From the human T2T-CHM13v2.0 reference genome, Homo sapiens, in NCBI RefSeq assembly GCF_009914755.1, contig NC_060942.1: 64,000 nt of DNA. One strand, given 5' to 3'. A program made the translations under genes and the position numbers. Numbering within the stretch: the first letter of the stretch is position 1; every line of letters begins with the position of its first letter. Shown here piece by piece: positions 54,216-64,000 of the stretch. The notes under the pieces are model-generated. The model made no database searches and was not told where the DNA came from. It worked only from the letters and a program-made list of their open reading frames with translations.

Positions 54216-56374
54216 CTTTCTCTGTGGAAACTGAGTGGAGAAGATGGGGGCCCTGAGGCAGTTAAAAATCAGGAGAAAAATCTTACGTTCATTTACAAAA
54301 TTGCCATTTCTTTGAGAAAGACGCTATTTTAATTTTTAACCCCAATGTTCTCATTGTTTCTCATATGAACCTTCTACTCAAGCCTGAAATATTCCAATAT
54401 CTGTAGCTCTGTTTACAGTATGACTTGTTTCATCTTCTTGTCATTTTCTAGGGTTTAACCTCAATCTCATCTTCACAAACCTTGAACCACCAGGCTCAGG
54501 GAGACTCCTCTGTTCTCTGAAGCTTTTCTATCCACAGGGCCACAATGTTGCACCATTTTACCACTGATTTGATCGGTTTTCTTTTGTTACCCTTTTGCCA
54601 TTTTGTTTTGTTTTGTTTTTTAAAGAAGATACTAGAAAATTATTTCTCTGAATACTTGGCAAACAATATTTTTCCTTTGATTGATTAGAAATCATGACAA
54701 ATCTATTCTAAAAAGCATATAGTTTAACTGGACATTTTTAAGTGGCCTGCATCTGCTGAATTTGTTTTGTAGTTACAGTGACCATATTACAGAATAAAAT
54801 TGGCACATATAGCTAAAAAATAACAGTATAGTTGGAAGGATAATGGGACGTATTCAGAGCAGCATAGTTTCTATAGTTAATACCTGCACCTACAACTTAC
54901 ATAGCACAAAACTTTATTTCCAGAATGTGAATATAAAAATTGTACAGTGATAATGATCTCTCTATATACCATTAAACTTCAAATTTCATGTCTAATATGT
55001 TACTTAATATTTCTTTTTTCTGCTTATTGATTTATTACACCTAAATATTTTAATTTAATTTATTTATCCTATGTCTCTTTCTAAAACATATTTGAGCTCA
55101 CTTATTACAAAATGCTAGTTTTTTTAAAACGGGACAAGAAAAACAAGCTACCTAAAAGTAATACTTATTTATTTTCATAAGCCAAGTTAAAAATCTGTTT
55201 CTGAATTTCCATGGTACTAACCAGTAAGAAAAACATGACAATGTATATGCTCCCTGCTCTAGGATAAAGGAAAGCATATCATAATTAATAGGTATGAAAA
55301 TAAAGAATGTTGAGGGATGTAATATACATGATCTTCAGCAGTTTCATAGCATACATAGAAACACTGAACATGCAATGTGAAACTTCTAAAAAGGAAAGTA
55401 ACTGATTTTGAGAAAGTTTTGAGTCAGTTAACATTTTATAAAATATTTATATTAAGAAATATTTTTCCTCATTATTAAATTTGGGAAAGGAAGAAAATGA
55501 AATGGACTTTTAAGTTTTCATGGTTTTCTTTAATGTGAAAATACAGCCCTTTCAAAAAGCACAATTTTCACTTTGTTTAGACCAATGTAATTTACTCTAA
55601 GTATTTGCTTGGGAGGTGTATATTGATTTTGTGACTGATCTTATTCCTTCTTCATTAAATGCGCTCAAGTCAGGAAAAGGGGTGATGACGATGATGAAGA
55701 AGAAAATACAGTGAAGAGAGGTGTAATTTACAATGCTTCCCTCTTTCCTCACTAAAAAAAATATAATATTATGTCTCAATTTAGAGTACAATTCTCATAG
55801 ATTTCTTCTTTAACACTGAGGTTTCTAGACTACTGTAGATAATGCTGAAGATTTCTTTGGGAGAAAAAAAATTAGGATTAAATTTTTCTGCTGAAATACC
55901 AGCTCCTGTCTGGTCCTCTCTTCTTCTCTCGGGAAAGTAGCTGGCACTAGTTGCTACATCAAAAGTACAAGTTGTACCTAGCTCTTTCAGTCACTCAGGA
56001 CAGAAATACTGAGTAGCATATTAATCACCCAGGTGATTAAATGTCATGATGCTTTCACCCACCAATAGATTGTTCTTGAAAAAGGAAAAGAGTGCTGTTT
56101 GATGATGATCATGGCTGATGACGCAATGCAGCATTTACGGCATTGGTTCTGAGCCTTGGAAAAGCCTAGCGTAACAACTTCTTAGATTGTTGGTGTGTGT
56201 TCCATAGTTTCCTTATTAACAGAACTCCATTTGCAACACTTGCCTCCTCCACCATCACCAGTGCTATGAAACATATTCTTTACTACACAGTGCTAATATG
56301 AAGATAACTTGAGAGTGGAAATCCCAACTAATCCAAGCATGTACTTACTTGAACTGTTTCCCAAGATACATGAG

Positions 56375-56610
56375 GGGCAGTGTAGTTGGGTAGCCCAGTA
56401 GGAGTCTCTGCCACCTGGGTGGATGCCTGGGTTGAAATCTCACCACCACTCTCTAGTTACTCCTGCCCCAGAGCAAGGCATTAGTGACTTAATTCCTTCA
56501 TCATTGAAGCAGAGGTAAAAATAGAAACCTATCTAATAGGGATTTTGCATGTCTTAAATAGGTTAACAAATTGTGCCTGAGAAAGTGTAAGCTTTTCATT
56601 AATGACTATA
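56375..56610 (+). mobile_element. MIR SINE
   Basis: gcctgggttgaaatctcacc...ttccttcatc...aatagaaacctatctaataggg. Confidence 0.65.
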
Positions 56611-57751
56611 GCATTTGTACTATGCATAGTGGACATAAACATAGAAAGCTGTTCCTGAATTCTGGGAATATGTATCAATTCAAAGGAAAGGAATGTATTT
56701 CCTGATAGGACCTGGGCCGTATCAGGTTCTAGGGATGTCGTAATGCTTTAGTTTACCAAGGTTCTTTCTTACTTAGATTTGATAAATTTCCTGACACTGT
56801 AGTCTGCCCTTTTACAAGTGATAACACATTTCCTAATTTCCTGTGGTTTCTTAAAGATATCAAAGAATAATAGAGTTTCCTTGTGGTGTGAGATTTTGCT
56901 CCTAATAGATGGCATTTATAGGACAAGGGTAGAGAAAAATATAACCAGATAGTTGTTGTGAGACATATAGGGTTAAGCTTCATTGAATTCACAAAATCAA
57001 GCATCTTTCTGTGATAGATTAGTTTGTTTGCTTTTGTAATTTTCAGTTATTAGTGTAAAAAGTATGTCATTAGGGGAAAGAATGATTTATGATGATAATA
57101 AGCAGAGTAATTAATATGCATACATAGCATAAAGTAAATATTTGAGGTCTTACTATCTCAATCAAGCTTAAGGAAACAAAACCTCATAGTCATTTAACCA
57201 GTCTCATCTATACCTCTGATTAGTGCCAAATGATACATTGCAACAAAAATATTTAAGTATTAAATTTAGAATTTGGAAAAATATTGAGTCTAAATTGCTA
57301 AATATTTAAGAGAGTGTTTTTCCTCTTTTCAAATCTGTCTTATTTCTTATTTTGAGGCATATGAAAAATGAAAGAAGGTTGCTAACTTTACTGAATTCTT
57401 TCAAAGGTTTTTACAAGAGGAAATGCAAAAGCCTTTGTGAATTGAAATGTTTAGCTCAGCAATTTAAAATCTTTTGTCTGGGCTTGTAGGTGTAGGTTAC
57501 AGTGCTGGCTTTGAAAGGGTAGAAATAAAGTTTTCTTTTATTCAGCAGCTATTTTACTTTTTGACACCAGATTTAAATGAATTTAAAACTGCCCCACGAG
57601 AGATTAAGATTAGTTATAGGGAAGAATATTCTTGAGAATTTAGGATGATTGAACAGGAGATATCCTCTTCCTTATTTTAACATTGTTGAATGTTCCATTT
57701 CCCTTCGTTGTCACACACTATTTTCTTCAAGCCTTCAGATGGGATCCTCTG

Positions 57752-58210
57752 TGTGGTGAATTTTGTGGTGGGCCACCAAAAGACCCCTGCAGGAATGGAG
57801 AATTGATTTCCCCATCTGCTGGGCATGCTGCAGGAAGATGACCTTTGCTCACATTGACTTTGGGTTGCTTCAGCTAAAGAAAATTGCCTAAAAGAAAATT
57901 GCCTAACTCAGAATAAAGGTTTTCCAGGGTCAGGCCATATCCAATAACTGGTCACCCAGAAGGTGAGACCCGCTCACCACCATTCTGAAGAACTCTTAAG
58001 AGCTGTCCAGCTTGGAGCCCTCCGTAGGTGAGCTGAATCTTTCTTTGTGACTGCATTACAGTTTGCCTTCCCCCTCAGTCCAATCCTGCTTTCATCCTCT
58101 CCCCTGCACATGAAGGTTTGAACTCCAAGCCCACCCCCACATAAACATCTTGAATGCTCAAAATCTCCACTCAGAATCAGCTGAACAAGAAACTCAGCCT
58201 ACTCTACTCA
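57752..58210 (+). mobile_element. LTR16 (C-like) ERVL LTR
   Basis: cttcagctaaagaaaattgcc...gactgcattacagttt...caatcctgctt...ataaacatcttgaatgc...tctccactcagaatc. Confidence 0.7.
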
Positions 58211-58257
58211 GCCCACGTGCTGCAGCACAGACATAACCCTTTAGAGCTATTGGCTTT

Positions 58258-60320
<2,063 letters not shown>

Positions 60321-60324
60321 TCTT

Positions 60325-60670
60325 TTTTTTTACACCAGATTTATTGAGGTGTAGTTCACAATTAAAATTTATATATATTGGGCTGAGCACAGTGGCTCAT
60401 GCCTGTAATCCCAGTACTTTGGGAGGCCACGGTGGAAGGATCGCTTGAGCCACGGTGGAAGGATCGCTTGAGCCCAGGAGTTCGAGACCAGCCCTGACAA
60501 CATAGGGAGAGACCCCATCTCTATAAAAAAAGAAAATGAAAAATAAATGAAAAAAGTTATATATATCTACAGTGTACAATGTGACATTTGCATACACATT
60601 GAAATGATTACTGTAATCAAGTGAATTAACACATCCATCAGCTAACAGTTTTTTTTATGGTAAGATCACT
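60325..60670 (-). mobile_element. L1MA 3'-end fragment interrupted by a FLAM
   Basis: tttattgaggtgtagttcaca...; cattgaaatgattactgtaatcaagtgaattaacacatccatca. Confidence 0.7.
60381..60555 (+). mobile_element. Alu left monomer (FLAM_C-like) with internal 23-bp duplication
   Basis: Single arm; gccacggtggaaggatcgcttga twice; TSD-like aaaatttatatatat / aaagttatatatat. Confidence 0.9.
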
Positions 60671-60929
60671 TCATACTGACATTGTTTTAATTCACACATA
60701 TCATTTTAGATTTGAAAAAAATACTAGTTTATACTTTTATCTTTGAGGGAGGGACACTTTGGGTCAACGTAATGTATTGCTCTGGCTTCCATTGGTGAAT
60801 ATATAAGTACTGCTGGTGTTTAACATGCTTATATTGTGAATACTCATAAAGTCCACGGTGGATTCTGATCAGGAAAACAAACGTGTAGAGAAATGATAGT
60901 CTGACACCTGAATTATTCCTCAGTCAGGT

Positions 60930-61320
60930 TCCCCATCCCCTTAGGGTGGTCCAAAAGCAACAATAGAGCATTCCAGGAAGAAAGAAGGAAATCACTGCCT
61001 TAAGTAGTTAAAGTTTACCGAATTTGTAAGAGATGCAACATTTCAAATAAATAGCTCAGTAAAAGTGAAAAATGCTAATGTAACTGGGTGCTTACAGGCC
61101 ATGATTAGCAACTGAATTTAGTTGTTATTCTTATTGTCCCACCTCTTCTGGACATTGTGACTGCAACTGAGTTCACTGCATAAAATAGTGGCATTTGGTA
61201 TCCTGTCTTTGGCATTGACACTGCCTTCTTTGCTCTCACACTGCCACCTAAGAACCAAGAAAAATTGACAATTATTTGGCAAAGCCTCCAATACAAGTTT
61301 GTACTACTCTCTCAGAAAGG
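60930..61320 (+). pseudogene. ERVL-class pol (reverse transcriptase N-terminal) fossil
   Basis: 60937-61002 reads PLRVVQKQQ*SIPGRKKEITAL; 61133-61315 reads IVPPLLDIVTATEFTA*NSGIWYPVFGIDTAFFALTLPPKNQEKLTIIWQSLQYKFVLLSQ, matching ERVL RT WY..ID...AFF...W...QY.F.VLPQG. Confidence 0.75.
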
Positions 61321-61499
61321 TCTTACTGGTTGGCAAGAGAGAAGTCTCTGTCTCAGTAGCCCGGACTGTGATGTAATCATATCACCACCAGCCAAGGTGA
61401 CCTAAAAACCTGACATATTCAGAGTTCAGAATTCAGAAGCATGCTTGCTATGCAAAGTTTTCTGAGAAAATGTGAGCGGATTTGCAACATTGTAGCTCT

Positions 61500-62930
61500 C
61501 TAGTCAAGGAAAAAATGCTGTCACTTTGCTTTCCCTGTCTGTAGAACCTCCTGGATATGTGTATTGATATCTTTCGTAAGTTTAAAAATATTTGGCCATT
61601 AAATGCTGCAGTATTCTTTCTGTTCATAACTTTTCTCTTTGATTCTAAATACATGTCAGATCTTTTTACTGACTCCTACATGCCTTTGAGGTTTTTCACT
61701 ATTTTTATTTATTTTCTTGCCTCAGTTCAGGTATTTTTTTATGGACCTGTCTTCTATTATGTTTATTCTGATGTTAACACTACCCACTGGTTTCTTAATT
61801 TTATTTATTAAATTTTCCTATTTCTTAAATTTATGTTGTTATAAAATGTAGAACATAATTGACGTTTTAAATCAGTTACTAGAATCACTTTTCTGATAAC
61901 AATCTTATTGTTTTCATCTACTGATTTAATATAAAATCTATTTGATTAAGCATAACAATCTTATAATATTTAAATGTCCTTTACTGGATGTTATTTTGAA
62001 GTTCACTGCAATATTTGAATTACCTATGATTTTTCTGGTGTGTGGTTTCTCTCTTGTTTCTCAGTTATTATTGAAACAGGAAATAGTCCCCTTTTCTTAG
62101 TCTTCTTTATTGTTGTGACTACTAAGAGAATTAAGTGCCAGACCAACAGGTGAAATACTGTAGAATTTGCACATGATGTTATCTTCCTTTAGAGAGTTTT
62201 CCTTTTTTTGTTTGACTTCTTTCTTAAAAACTTTTTAAATTAATAAATCAATTAATATATATTTTTAAAATCCTTCCTATTTTTCTCAATTGTTTGACTT
62301 CTTTTGCCAGAGAGATACAGTGTTGTCTGATCACTTTAATGCAATCAGATGGAGGTCAGTGATTTTGGTAAGGCTTGGTTCTATTTCCTCCTGGCCACAG
62401 ACATCCTCTTGCAAGACATTCAACTCAGAGCTTGTGAGTTCATCAGGAACCTGATCTTAGAATTTTTGTTCTAATATTTGTCTCATCATCTCAGGAGACT
62501 GCTTTGAATTGTACTTTTCATAGATATGTTGCTTAGTATTTCCGTCTTCTGCCATGCTTGGTTTCAGAATTCAGCAAATACTTTGCAACGAAAAATGATT
62601 CTACCTCTGAGACAAGTCAAATTTCAATTCTTTGTCTCTCCAAACTTTCAAGATCACACAAAGCAGCACTGGTTCCACTGCCCCTTGGTCACAGCAGTCT
62701 GTTTTTGCAAAACTCAAGTGGCGAATCTCTTGCCCTGTGCCAAGATACATCATTTTCCCTAGGGAAAAAGTCACTTCATCTCACATCTCTGGGTTGCTTT
62801 CCTCTTCAGAAAACCACTATCTTGATTTTCTCTCTTTCACAAGCTTCAATTTTAATAGTCTTTTTTTTTTTCTTAATGTTCTTGTTAGAGTGTTGGTCTG
62901 CCACCATTCAGTGCACCATACGTAGTTATG
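61500..62930 (-). mobile_element. Old L1M ORF1/5' region
   Basis: T-rich antisense ORF1-like text (aaaatatttggccatt; aacactacccactggtttcttaatt; tgatgttatcttcctttagagag). Confidence 0.5.
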
Positions 62931-62954
62931 AGTCCTGCTTTGCCAAATATTGAT

Positions 62955-62956
<2 letters not shown>

Positions 62957-62990
<34 letters not shown>
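62957..62990. repeat. (GT)n microsatellite
   Basis: Perfect dinucleotide run of about 17 units. Confidence 0.97.
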
Positions 62991-62993
<3 letters not shown>

Positions 62994-64000
62994 ACTAGGG
63001 CTGGATACTGGCATAGTAATTTCTAATACATTTCATTTTGATCTCGGTGCGTCGTTCAGTGTGGGATGGAGCAGGTGCAGCTTGTTGTTTGCCAGAGCTC
63101 CAAAATTGAAGTAAAACATGAAGCCCTTTATAAAACAAAAAGAAAAATTACATCTGCTTATTCCAATGATCGTATGAGAATGTTGGCCCAGGAACATTTA
63201 AAAGTGTGGGGTCAGGGCATTAGACAGTTTTGCTCAAAGACACAGCTCTGAAGGTAAGTAAATTGCAGAGTATCAAATGCTGCATTTTATAGTCCCTTTG
63301 AGAGGTTGTTATCCTGTAGTCATGATTGCATTGTAGTTGTTGCTGACTCGCTAGTTTTGAGTCTTTTAATTTATACAATGCTGGACAAATTCTTATATCT
63401 AAAAAGCTGTGTGCTGAAACAAAAATGGGTTGCCTCTATTTTGTTTTTATGAAATTATATCAACATTGTAGAAATGTGGAGTTGAAAGATATAATGCAGG
63501 TCATGAGCTGTATACCCTTTTGCGATGAAACTCAGGCAGATAATATGAATTTACCAAATATCATATGCCATTTAGTGGTAATCAGTGCTACAACCAAGTT
63601 TTCTGATTCCTGGTCCAATATCTTCGCTTTATTTAATCAAGATTCCCTCCAAATAGTATTGCTATATGCATCCTCACTATTGTTAATCTACATGTGCCTA
63701 TTTTTTCCCTTTTGGTTTAAATAGTAACCCTGATAGTTTAATAGTATTCAGTATTCAGTCTGCCTCCTTCATGTTGCTTCCTGTTCACTCACTCTTTTTT
63801 AAAAAAAATGTTGTTTAAAAGTGGCTTAAAAAGCTGAGAACTTAATGATTAAGATAGGTGATGGGAATTGCTATAAAATACTATTTCAAGAAGAAAATTT
63901 TATCTTTTCATAGGCTTTATGGGTAAATGTGGAGGGAAAAATGCGGTACCAAAAAACTGAAACTGTAGATCTGTTTATAATCCCTGCTCTAAGAGGTAGC

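Noticed and set aside
55660-55745. Acidic peptide-like stretch GDDDDEEENTVKRG
   Set aside because: In-frame stop just upstream, no acceptor or start, weak donor; explained by GAT/GAA low complexity
62526-62953. 78-131-aa overlapping ORFs
   Set aside because: They lie in old L1-like antisense sequence, have no recognisable domain and no splice support

Overview
AT-rich, CpG-poor primate genomic DNA, most likely human or great ape (Alu J/S, L1PA, THE1 and MER LTRs are present). It reads as intergenic sequence or a very long intron. I found no supportable protein-coding gene, rRNA, tRNA, CRISPR array or CpG island. The supplied ORFs are explained by Alu, L1, LTR or microsatellite sequence, or by chance. 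Much of the window is interspersed repeats, many nested and several with visible target-site duplications (TSDs). Subfamily names come from my recall of consensus sequences, not from a RepeatMasker run. The most notable structures are: (1) a 63-bp near-perfect inverted repeat around an AT-rich spacer, built from templated copies of the TATA region inside a MER66-like LTR (53333-53650); (2) a decayed hAT/Charlie transposase readable only across frames (~24850-26480); (3) an LTR-less ERVL-type reverse-transcriptase fragment inside an old L1 (~60930-61320); (4) a TSD-flanked L1PA7-like element with both ends but most of ORF2 deleted (44969-48169); (5) a candidate recursive-splice motif (20035-20042) and a few candidate cryptic exons; (6) a ~650-bp almost pure A/T tract. 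I cannot support a genuinely new biological system from the sequence alone.
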